A stretch of 63,681 bases of DNA, filler included, from an uncultured virus (IMG/VR IMGVR_UViG_2061766007_001711) (5 parts of one record of this genome joined end to end with filler, not necessarily neighbours in it); one strand, 5' to 3'. Counted from the whole stretch's first letter, positions 29,336 through 38,590 are shown. Program-made: numbers and translations. Notes: a model not told the origin generated them from the sequence alone.

Positions 29336-30595
29336 ATGCAAAAACTTACCAACAGCGCACGCAACAAGTTCGCAGCGTGCCACAGGGCCTACCAGCTATT
29401 CTACGTCCAGGGCAAGAGACCCGTCATCCCTTCCGACGCCCTCGGCTTCGGGACAGCCATGCACGCGCTCCTCGAGGGNNNNNNNNNNAGTTCGCAGCGT
29501 GCCACAGGGCTTACCAGCTATTCTACGTCCAGGGAAAGAGACCAGTCATACCTTCCGACGCCCTCGGCTTCGGGACAGCCATGCACGCGCTCCTCGAGGG
29601 AGTGTGGGGAGGCTCTTCCTCCAGGGCGAAAGGTGAAGGCGACGGCGAGCCGTCGTTCAACACGGGCGACCCGTACCGCGACATGACCCTCAAGGCGCTC
29701 TACGAAGGCTACCTCGACAGATGGGAGCGCGACGACGATGAACGCTTCGAGAATGTTGCCGCCGAGGTCTACTTCGAGGCACCGCTCATGAACCCCGAGA
29801 CAGGCGGCATCTCCAAGACCTGGGTGCTCGCGGGAAAGATCGACGCNNNNNNNNNNAAAGGCTCTCTACGAAGGCTACCTCGACAGGTGGGAGCGCGACG
29901 ACGATGAACGCTTCGAGAAGGTGGCCTCCGAGGTCTACTTCGAGGCACCGCTCATGAATCCAGAGACAGGCGGCATCTCCAAGACCTGGGTGCTCGCGGG
30001 AAAGATCGACGCCATAGCACGCGAGAAGTCCTCGGGAAAGCTCTACATCATCGAACACAAGACCACGTCGCAGGACATCGGCCCAGGCTCCGACTACTGG
30101 CGCCGCCTCGCCATCGACGGCCAGGTGTCCGGCTACTACGTGGGAGCGCAGGCCAACGGCTACGACGTGGAGAACTGCCTCTACGACGTGATCCGCAAGC
30201 CCACCATCAAGCCGTACAAGGCTACTCCGGAGGACAAGCGCAAGTACAACAAGGACGGAAGCCTCTCCAAGACGTGCCGCGAATTCGACGAGACCCCGGA
30301 AGAATGGTATCACCGCCTCGAGCTGGACATCATCCAGCGCCCAGACTACTACTACGCCCGCGTGGAAGTAGCAAGAAGCGCCGACGACCTCACCGACTAC
30401 CTCTTCGACATGTGGGCCGTTGGCCGCGAAATCGCGGACGCGCAGCGCCTCGGACGCTTCTCGCGCAACCCGCAGAACTGCCAGAGCTACGGCAAGTGCG
30501 AATTCTTCGACGTGTGCTCGGGATGCGCCGACATCGACGACGTGACGCTGTTCAGGAACGCGGAAGACCCGAACGAAGAACTTACAAACAACTAA
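29336..30595 (+). CDS. PD-(D/E)XK exonuclease (RecB/Cas4-like)
   Basis: FAACHRAY, FGTAMHALLE, LAGKIDAI...IIEHKTT, QVSGYY and C-terminal CQSYGKCEFFDVC Fe-S cysteines; two allele joins. Confidence 0.88.
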
Positions 30596-30613
30596 CAACA
30601 GGAGAAACGGAAA

Positions 30614-31519
30614 ATGGATATCAAATCCCTTATCAAGAAAGGCCCCTCCACCCGCCCGCCCAAGATCATGCTCATAGGCGTGGAAGGCGTCGGAAAGTCC
30701 ACGGCGGGGGCCAACATGCCGAGCCCCGTCTTCATGTGCTCGGAGTCCGGCCTGGTCGGCCCGCAGTTCGCGGACGTCCCGAACTTCACGCCAAAGTCCT
30801 GGAAGGAGGCCCTAGAGTTCATCGACGCTCTCGCCGCAGACCCGGGCGACTTCAAGACGCTCGTCGTGGACACGCTCGACTGGCTCGAACCCATGCTCTA
30901 CGATTATGTGGTAGCCGCAGCGAAGAAGCCTGACATCAAGCACATCGAGGACTTCGGATACGGCAAGGGCTACGTGCTCGCGCAGAACGAGGCTCGCCAG
31001 CTTATCGCACGTCTCGACAAGGTCAACGCCGCGGGGATGAATGTCCTCCTGTTGAGCCACAGCCAGCTCAAGACGGTCAAGAACCCGACGGGCGAGGACT
31101 ACGACCACTTCGAGAGCAAGATCAACGCCAAGGTCGGCGGCATCTTCAAGGAATGGGCGGACGCCGTACTGTTCGCACGATTCGAGGTATTCACGCGCAA
31201 GGACGGGCTCAAGGCCAAGGCTTACGGCGGCGACACCCGTGTCGTCGAGACGACGCACTCCGCCGCCTGGGACGCGAAGAACCGCTTCGGGCTCCCGGAA
31301 CAGATGCCTCTCGACATGGGCTCCATCCTGGAAGCCATCACGCACGGGGTAGGCGACGAACAGAAGCTCGTCAAGGAAATCGAGAACCTCGTCGGGGAGT
31401 TGCCGGTGGACAAGGCCGACAAGACGATAGAGTGGCTCAAGAAGCCGCACACCGCGACGGAGCTCCGCAAGGTACTGAACAACGTCAAGAACGCAATCAA
31501 GGAGGCCGACAATGGCTAA
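30614..31519 (+). CDS. sak4: Sak4-like AAA ATPase recombinase
   Basis: GVEGVGKST Walker A, TLVVDTLDWLE, FGYGKGY, EWADAVLF, AWDAKNRFGLP. Confidence 0.85.
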   Translation: MDIKSLIKKGPSTRPPKIMLIGVEGVGKSTAGANMPSPVFMCSESGLVGPQFADVPNFTPKSWKEALEFIDALAADPGDFKTLVVDTLDWLEPMLYDYVVAAAKKPDIKHIEDFGYGKGYVLAQNEARQLIARLDKVNAAGMNVLLLSHSQLKTVKNPTGEDYDHFESKINAKVGGIFKEWADAVLFARFEVFTRKDGLKAKAYGGDTRVVETTHSAAWDAKNRFGLPEQMPLDMGSILEAITHGVGDEQKLVKEIENLVGELPVDKADKTIEWLKKPHTATELRKVLNNVKNAIKEADNG

Positions 31520-32024
31520 CTATACCGCAACCATCACGGGCCACGGCTTTGCCGAGTCCAAGAATACCCACACGCCGAGCATCAAGTTCTCGCTCAAGGC
31601 CACCTACGACCTTGACGCACAGCAGCCGGTGGACAAGACCTTCTACGCCGACCTGTGGCTCTCCGACAAGGCCATCGAGAACACGTGCCGCACGCTCCGC
31701 GAGATCGGGTTCAATTCCGACAACATGGCGGACCTCAACGACTCGCAGCTGATGGTCGGCACGGTGGTCGAGATAACGACCGAGTGGGAAGACTACAACG
31801 ACAACTCCTACGAGAAGGTTAAGTTCATGAACGCGGCGGGGAGCTACGCGCGTCGCGGCGTTAAGCCGATGGACAGCACCCAAGCGAAGAAGCTTGCTGC
31901 GAAGTACAACTCCGCGCTCAAGAACGCGCAGAAGCGCGCACCGCAGCACCAGCCGAGACCGGACCAGTTCGGTGCGACGCAGGGCAACAGCGCACCAGAA
32001 GAAGACGATTCGCTCCCATTCTAG
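31512..32024 (+). CDS. single-stranded DNA-binding protein (DUF669-like)
   Basis: Follows the Sak4-like gene; acidic tip EEDDSLPF. Confidence 0.75.
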   Translation: MANYTATITGHGFAESKNTHTPSIKFSLKATYDLDAQQPVDKTFYADLWLSDKAIENTCRTLREIGFNSDNMADLNDSQLMVGTVVEITTEWEDYNDNSYEKVKFMNAAGSYARRGVKPMDSTQAKKLAAKYNSALKNAQKRAPQHQPRPDQFGATQGNSAPEEDDSLPF

Positions 32025-32120
32025 CCGTTTCTCCGGCTAAGGCGGCGTGGCCCCGGCCGCCGGGGAATACGGGGCGAACCTGAACGAGTCAGTACAGCTT
32101 CACACTTCCACACAAGACTC
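32022..32120 (+). ncRNA. structured RNA: hairpin, H-type pseudoknot and C/A-rich-loop hairpin
   Basis: TAGCCG/CGGCTA; GGCGGC/GCCGCC crossed with GCCCCG/CGGGGC; GAGTC/GACTC. Confidence 0.45.
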
Positions 32121-32232
32121 CGAAGACAACTGNNNNNNNNNNNNNNNNNNNNNNNNNNNNNNNNNNNNNNNNNNNNTTAATTAATTAANNNNNNNNNNNN
32201 NNNNNNNNNNNNNNNNNNNNNNNNNNNNNNNN

Positions 32233-32473
32233 TTCGATATACCGTACAAGGGTACGGCGGAGTATGATTTCGACTTTGATTATGACCGTTTTTATAGGAT
32301 GTTTGCAACGCTTGAAAAACCCGCTTTTTTAAGCGAGTACAACTCCAGCTACACCTGCGTCAGCGCTTTTAACAAAAGGGCATTGTATAGAGATTTGTCA
32401 CGCAAGAAGGGCAAACGCGAGAAGCTGGAGAAGCTCTACTTCAACGGCACGATGGACGACTACAAGCGCCTCA
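32233..32473 (+). CDS. D12-class adenine methyltransferase, C-terminal fragment
   Basis: DIPYKGT...FDYDRFY...FLSEY...EKLY. Confidence 0.65.
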
Positions 32474-32611
32474 NNNNNNNNNNCTGGAAGGCAATATGTG
32501 CTCGAATACGAAGAAGTTGGCGGTGATATACCCGGCCGTGNNNNNNNNNNTGGGCGCGGAATATAGGCCCCTCGACGAGGGCAAGCAAATAGACATTTTC
32601 GAGGGGGTTGC

Positions 32612-33193
32612 ATGACCGACCAAATCTCCTTTTTACCGATGCTGGACGAGATTGATAAGCCGGAGCCGTTGTACGTCAAGGTTAAGCGCAGGGCCGAGGC
32701 CATCTGCAAAGAGCTATGGAACAAGCACAAGGGCAACGTCCGCGAGTACGTCGCGGAATGTGTTGACCGCTTCGCAAAAGAAAACCTCCCGTGGTACGAT
32801 TTACGCGAGGACGATCGCGTGCAATACGACGACGTGGTGGGCGAGTGCTTCTCATGCGGCAAGCCTATTACTGCGCGGGATATTTGCAAAGTGAGTGCTA
32901 TTCACTACACGTGGGTTCGCAAGGACGGAAAGAACATAAACGCATACGTACATTACGACGATGTATGCACTAAAAAGAGCTTAATGGACTACGAGGAATT
33001 CCACGAAGTTTATTTACGGCTCACTGGCTACACCGACGAGGAATACATACAGAACATGAAGCGCGACCATCCGAGCGTGTTCTACGCTCGCGTCAAGGCC
33101 GGAGTGTATGACGAAGAAGGACACCGCCTGCACCCTGAAGGATGGCTATGCCAACCGAAAAGGAAGAAGCGCAAGGCGAAGGAGGTGGCATGA
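32612..33193 (+). CDS. hypothetical protein
   Basis: 193-aa ORF with GAGGGG RBS; CFSC motif. Confidence 0.65.
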   Translation: MTDQISFLPMLDEIDKPEPLYVKVKRRAEAICKELWNKHKGNVREYVAECVDRFAKENLPWYDLREDDRVQYDDVVGECFSCGKPITARDICKVSAIHYTWVRKDGKNINAYVHYDDVCTKKSLMDYEEFHEVYLRLTGYTDEEYIQNMKRDHPSVFYARVKAGVYDEEGHRLHPEGWLCQPKRKKRKAKEVA

Positions 33194-33251
33194 CACGCAA
33201 GATTAAGGACACAATCAAGCAGGCGGCGCTCTGGGTCGTCGNNNNNNNNNN

Positions 33252-33351
33252 TTGCAGCGACTCGCAGGCTTATCGGATGTTGGGCAACGGCTGGACGGTC
33301 GAGGTCATCAAGCACTTTTTCTCGTTCCTGCCGTTCGAAAGGGAGGCATAA
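33252..33351 (+). CDS. C5 cytosine methyltransferase, motif X fragment
   Basis: SDSQAYRMLGNGWTVEVIKHFF. Confidence 0.8.
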
Positions 33352-33479
33352 TGAAGGACACAATCAAGCAGGCGGCGCTCTGGGTCGTCGCCGTAACAGC
33401 GACCATGTTCATCGTCTGCTCCGTCATGGGCGGAATCGCGCTCATGATTTTCGGGGCGATTAAGTGGATTGGAGGATAG
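33351..33479 (+). CDS. small membrane protein
   Basis: MKDTIKQAALWVVAVTATMFIVCSVMGGIALMIFGAIKWIGG; alleles at 33190 and 40482. Confidence 0.6.
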   Translation: MKDTIKQAALWVVAVTATMFIVCSVMGGIALMIFGAIKWIGG

Positions 33480-33494
33480 AATGANNNNNNNNNN

Positions 33495-33540
33495 GCTCCA
33501 CAGCATCGTCTCGCGGGTCCGACTCCCGCGATTGCCTCTA
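33495..33540 (+). tRNA. degenerate tRNA-like 3' half (5' part lost in gap)
   Basis: T-arm-like GCGGG-TCCGACT-CCCGC followed by 7 nt, T and CTA (not CCA). Confidence 0.3.
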
Positions 33541-34281
33541 GCCTGCGGGTGCAGGCGAACGAAGCCCCAGCGCACGGATTCAGCGGTGGACACCTTCTTT
33601 TGAAGGTGGACAGATAGTAACAAAGACGTTACGAGAATCTTCTCTGTTCTTCGCTTGCGACTAGATGGCCACTTATGAAGAAGGCGTGAAAACACGCCCC
33701 TTATGGGACGTGGGAGTTCGTAACACTACGAATACTCGAAAAACGGTTCTCTAGCATCTCGGGGTATGTCATCCGGACCGCACGGGCGGAGATGCAGCGG
33801 TAGGAACGGCGAGACCCGTTCCGGCATATTTCGAGGATTGGGCGCGGTCACGCACCTCGGTAAAACAACNNNNNNNNNNCGTAGGGGTGATTATTACGAG
33901 ATTCGGCTCTTATTCCACCGTTGCTGTGGGCTACTGCTAAACCTTGCTGATAAGCACAAACGGAAAAATTCCGGCCCCTGCTCAAGAAGGGTATGTCACC
34001 GCACCGTGGCGGTCTTGAGCACACGGAGGCAAGGCTAGACCCTTGTCGGCATATTTCGAGGATTGCAGGCGGTCAAGTACCTCGATAAAACAACCTGCAC
34101 AATTTTGGCCCACGGGTGCATACAGAATAAGACCGAAAGCATACCCTTACGACCGCACCCTACGGGCCCACGAACTAGCCCCTCCGAGCACTCCAAACAC
34201 GGACCCCTTCACGCTCGGACGGGGCGACAAGAATGCCGAGGATGAACTAACGATTCCGAGGCAGGCGGGGCTGGAATCATG
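33537..34281 (+). ncRNA. cluster of structured non-coding RNAs (two strain versions)
   Basis: No credible ORF; dense hairpins; the module at 33754-33869 recurs at 33979-34099 with compensatory changes. Confidence 0.75.
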
Positions 34282-34348
34282 NNNNNNNNNNAAACCAGTA
34301 AAAGTCGAACCGACGAAAGCCCCGCAAAACTTTTAAAAGGACAAAAAG

Positions 34349-34462
34349 ATGGCGCAGCTTGACTTATTCCCAGACTTGAAAATTAAACGGACGAGAGCCT
34401 CCAAAGAATACTGGGCTTTCACGGACAAGTTCAAGACCAAGCTCACGACAGACGACTGCTAC
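34349..34462 (+). CDS. N6-adenine methyltransferase (NPPF type), N-terminal fragment
   Basis: KFKTKLTTDDCY continues as TPEPVY at 36555. Confidence 0.65.
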
Positions 34463-34609
34463 NNNNNNNNNNCTCCGAAATCGACAAGCACGCCATCAAG
34501 CAGACGATGCTGAACTTTCCCGACACCGTCCAGCTTGGCAGCGTGACCGAGGTTGACGCACGTAAACTCGGACACATTGACCTGCTTATCGGTGGNNNNN
34601 NNNNNAAAA

Positions 34610-35048
34610 ATGATAATGAACCTCGGACTACCATATAAAGGGAGTAAGAACACCATCGCGAACGACATCGTGAAGGCGCTCCCGCGCGGGAAGAAGCTCC
34701 TCGATGCGTGTTGCGGTGGCGGCGCGATTTTGATGGCGGCGGCCATGAGCGGACGCTGGGAGAAGGTCGTGGGGAACGACCTCAACGCGGCGACGATTGC
34801 CTTGCTTGACTCGGTGCTCATACACAAGGGTCAAATCGAATACGAACACCCGCCCGTCTGCACGCGCGATGACTTTTTTCACAGCCTGCAACGCATCGAG
34901 AACGGCGACTTTACCATCCAGGACTGCGTGAACAAGTACTGCGCGAGCTTTGGGAATGACGGAAAGACGTATTTATACGGGGCCGATTTGGAAGCGTGCA
35001 AGACGACCGCAGAGGAAATGCTCGCAGGCGCCACTCTTGAAAACAGAC
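34610..35048 (+). CDS. D12-class adenine methyltransferase, N-terminal fragment
   Basis: GLPYKGSKN...LLDACCGGGAI...VGNDLN...SFGNDG; a middle fragment with LER repeats is at 36004-36259. Confidence 0.8.
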
Positions 35049-35058
35049 NNNNNNNNNN

Positions 35059-35993
35059 CACGAACGAGGAAATCTACACGCTTGACCGCTACCTTGAACT
35101 GAAAAAGCAGGGCTTCGAGTTCGACGGCGAATCGTTCCTCTTCTGGGAATATATGCGCATCTTGGGCGAGGTGCGCGAAACGAACCCCGACGTGTTCTTT
35201 TTCCTCGAGAACGTGGAGATGGGCGAGAAATGGGAATCCGTGCTGACGAAGGCAATCGGCATCCCAGGCGTGCATATCAACTCTGCACTCGTGAGCGCGC
35301 AGAACCGCAGGAGAATCTATTGGACGAACATCAAGACGAAAACCGAGGGTCTTTTCGGGTGGACGGTGCCGGACATCCCGCAGCCGGAGGACAGGGGCAT
35401 AATGCTCGCCGACGTGCTTGAAGACGATGTGGACGGCAAGTATTACCTCAAGGACGAGGTGGTGGATAAACTGCTTGCGAACGGGGTCAAGGGTGCCGAA
35501 AAAGATGTCGTGTTATCCTAGTGGTAGGTCGGGGGTAATGATTACCAACCCAAACAAAACTATGTCACTTATGGCGAATTATTGGAAAGGCTATGGCAAC
35601 GAATTTGCAAGACCCTATGTGCTCGAATACGAAGAAATTACTTGTGTACCCGATATGGCATCCAGGAAAGGATGATTTCGGGCTTATTGCAAAGGAAGAT
35701 GTTTTTTTATGCAGCACTTACTACAAAGGAATGGAGATGCACGGGTATAGGCCGTACATAATGGAATATGAGGAACTTTGAGCAGATAGGCTTTACAGCA
35801 ACGCACGGATGCGAGAACGCTAACAACGGGCCGTTCTTCTTCTGGAAATCCGGCGGCTGCGACAACGCTTTAACGATAAACTCCTGGTGGCATCAAAACT
35901 TTATCATGGAATACGAAATTATACCCATTCTCCGCATCAAGGAGGCGACAAAGGCCGGATTCGTGGAAATCCACCCCGGCGAGTGCTTCGACG
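35059..35993 (+). CDS. C5 cytosine methyltransferase core plus frame-offset variable-region units
   Basis: FFLENV (motif VI), AQNRRRIYW (motif VIII), then repeated units ending YVLEYEE/YIMEYEE/FIMEYE in successive frames, then RIKEATKAGF. Confidence 0.75.
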
Positions 35994-36211
35994 NNNNNNN
36001 NNNATCGTTCGGGAATAATGGGCAGACCTATTTATGGAATCCCGAGATAGAAAAAATTAAGGTAAACGTGGAGCAGATGCTCGTCGCGACACGATTGCCC
36101 CAGCGCAGGCGAGCATTTAGAAAATTTATAGCCTACCTCGAAAAGCAAGCGGAGTTCGACATCGCGAAGCTGGAAAACATACAGCAACTGCAAAATCTTG
36201 AAAGATTGCAA

Positions 36212-36259
36212 CGGCTTGAACGGCTTGAACGGCTTGAACGGCTTGAACGGCTTGAACGG
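36212..36259 (+). repeat. 9-bp tandem repeat (CGGCTTGAA)n encoding LER
   Basis: At least five perfect units running into a gap. Confidence 0.9.
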
Positions 36260-36325
36260 NNNNNNNNNNACGCAAAAGAGATTTTAAAACGATTGAACAA
36301 GAACACCTAACACAAGGAGAAACGC

Positions 36326-36532
36326 ATGGAAAGACAATCGCAGAACGCAGGCATCCTGCAAGCACTGAAGGAGGGCGCGAAAATCACGCCGATGGGGGCG
36401 CTCCGCCGCTTCGGGTGCTTCCGCTTGAGCGCAAGAATCGCAGACATCCGCAAGATGGGCTACAAGGTCAAGACGCGCATCGTATCGCGCAACCGCAAGA
36501 ACTACGCGGAATACTACCTGGAGGCGAACTGA
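36326..36532 (+). CDS. winged helix-turn-helix protein
   Basis: SQNAGILQALKEGAKITPMGALRRFGCFRLSARIADIRKMGY; allele at 44811-44958(-). Confidence 0.8.
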   Translation: MERQSQNAGILQALKEGAKITPMGALRRFGCFRLSARIADIRKMGYKVKTRIVSRNRKNYAEYYLEAN

Positions 36533-36554
36533 TGAAAGACGAACNNNNNNNNNN

Positions 36555-36827
36555 ACACCCGAGCCCGTCTACAACGCCGTGCGCGACTGGTGCGTGGAAC
36601 ACTACGGACTGCAAGGTCGCGAGATTGTGCGCCCGTTCTGGCCCGGTGCGGACTTCGAGATGTACGACTACCCAGAGAACTGCGTAGTGATTGACAACCC
36701 GCCGTTCTCCATCTACGACCACATCCTTGATTTTTACACGAACGAACGCCCGACCGACTTTTTCCTTTTTGGCCCCGCCTTGACCCTTTTCAAGAAGTAC
36801 GACGCGTGCTACGTGATTTGCAACGAG
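36555..36827 (+). CDS. N6-adenine methyltransferase (NPPF type), central fragment
   Basis: VRPFWPG...VVIDNPPFSI; further pieces at 44675-44775(-) and 36947-37205. Confidence 0.75.
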
Positions 36828-37125
36828 NNNNNNNNNNGAAGATGCTTGTGTACTGGATTGCGGCAGGCGTGCTCACTTTTTCCGTAACGTGGATGTAGGA
36901 GGAGTAAGATGGGAATTACCGTTCTTTCACTTTTCGNNNNNNNNNNGCGAACGCGCAGAACAAGCCGAAAAAGGAAGATTTACCGATTATCAAGTACCCC
37001 GACTGCTTGATTAGTTCCGCATTACTCGGCAAGACGGCGCGCGCGGATTTCGCGTTCCGTCGCGAGGACTGCGAGTTCATCACGAAGCTAAACGATAAGC
37101 GGATATTTGGCGGTGCGTTCTTGAT

Positions 37126-37174
37126 GGCAGACCGAGCGGCGGCAGACCGAGCGGCGGCAGACCGAGCGGCGGCA
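37126..37174 (+). repeat. 15-bp tandem repeat x3 encoding ADRAA
   Basis: GGCAGACCGAGCGGC three times in frame. Confidence 0.9.
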
Positions 37175-37811
37175 AGGCGAACGATCGTTCAGGAGCTAGA
37201 CGAGANNNNNNNNNNNNNNNNNNNNNNNNNNNNNNNNNNNNNNNNNNNNNNNNNNNNNNNNNNNNNNNNNNNNNNNNNNNNNNNNNNNNNNNNNNNNNNN
37301 NNNNNNNNNNNNNNNNNNNNNNNNNNNNNNNNNNNNNNNNNNNNNNNNNNNNNNNNNNNNNNNNNNNNNNNNNNNNNNNNNNNNNNNNNNNNNNNNNNNN
37401 NNNNNNNNNNNNNNNNNNNNNNNNNNNNNNNNNNNNNNNNNNNNNNNNNNNNNNNNNNNNNNNNNNNNNNNNNNNNNNNNNNNNNNNNNNNNNNNNNNNN
37501 NNNNNNNNNNNNNNNNNNNNNNNNNNNNNNNNNNNNNNNNNNNNNNNNNNNNNNNNNNNNNNNNNNNNNNNNNNNNNNNNNNNNNNNNNNNNNNNNNNNN
37601 NNNNNNNNNNNNNNNNNNNNNNNNNNNNNNNNNNNNNNNNNNNNNNNNNNNNNNNNNNNNNNNNNNNNNNNNNNNNNNNNNNNNNNNNNNNNNNNNNNNN
37701 NNNNNNNNNNNNNNNNNNNNNNNNNNNNNNNNNNNNNNNNNNNNNNNNNNNNNNNNNNNNNNNNNNNNNNNNNNNNNNNNNNNNNNNNNNNNNNNNNNNN
37801 NNNNNNNNNNN

Positions 37812-38136
37812 TTTCGCCATGTTCAGCTCCCCATTCATGGCGACCCGTTCCGATGCGGATGCGTGGGTTCTTGAACGTGAGCCTGCGTTCGGTGTCGTCC
37901 GCCTTCGGGTAGCCGAGGGTGAAGACGAGGCGGTCGTATTCCTTGGCGAATGCCTCTTGAGCAATTCCATTCGCTAACGGAGTCATATCGGACACTCCGT
38001 AGAATTTTTGTACATCTTTGACTCGGAACAACATTGTCAACCAGTGATACTTCAATTCCCTATACTCTTCCTTTTTCTCGCCCGACTTAATCATGTCAAA
38101 CCATTTTTTCTTGAGTGAAAGCGTGAGCGTTTTCAT
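37812..38136 (-). CDS. ASCH-domain protein
   Basis: LKKKWFDMIKSGEKKEEYRE...FTLGYP...GRHEWGAE. Confidence 0.85.
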
Positions 38137-38590
38137 TTTTCCTCCTTTAAACTTATCGTATCTGTTTTGATAATATTGCAACCCTTTGTGATGCAATACG
38201 TGACATCATAACACTTGTCTTTTCCCTTCGCAACGTCAAGACTTATTGTCAAGTTGTTTCCGAACAATCTGCGAAGAGTTTCTTCGTCCTGTTCGTCATA
38301 CCTTATAAGCATCTATTTTTCCTCCATGAGTTTCTTTGCGGCTTCTTTAGCCCATTCCGACACGTCGTCCATTTCGTCGTTTATTTTCATTTCCGTAGCA
38401 CATCCGAAACGTGGATGCTCTCCACAAATCTTNNNNNNNNNNCGATAAAGTAAGTGTTTTCACTTCGCCTCCTTGATTAGTCTGTGGTAGATTAAGAAAA
38501 GCAAGAGAAAATCGGCTTGTTGGTATTCATGAAGTGCAAAGAAGGCAAACGCAATAACCGCGAACACAATTTCAAATATTCGCCAAATCT

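Noticed and set aside
9768..30000. Apparent tandem duplications inside many genes (terL, portal, tail hub, exonuclease, ejection genes)
   Set aside because: Each is split by exactly 10 N with overlapping near-identical sequence, so these are strain alleles from assembly bubbles.
33665..33715. Hammerhead or twister ribozyme
   Set aside because: Core CUGANGA/GAAA and twister consensus nucleotides are not present in the required arrangement.
35519..35527. TAG stop-codon reassignment explaining the broken methyltransferase
   Set aside because: TAG ends well-defined genes here (coat, terL, SSB), and the conserved repeat units lie in other frames.
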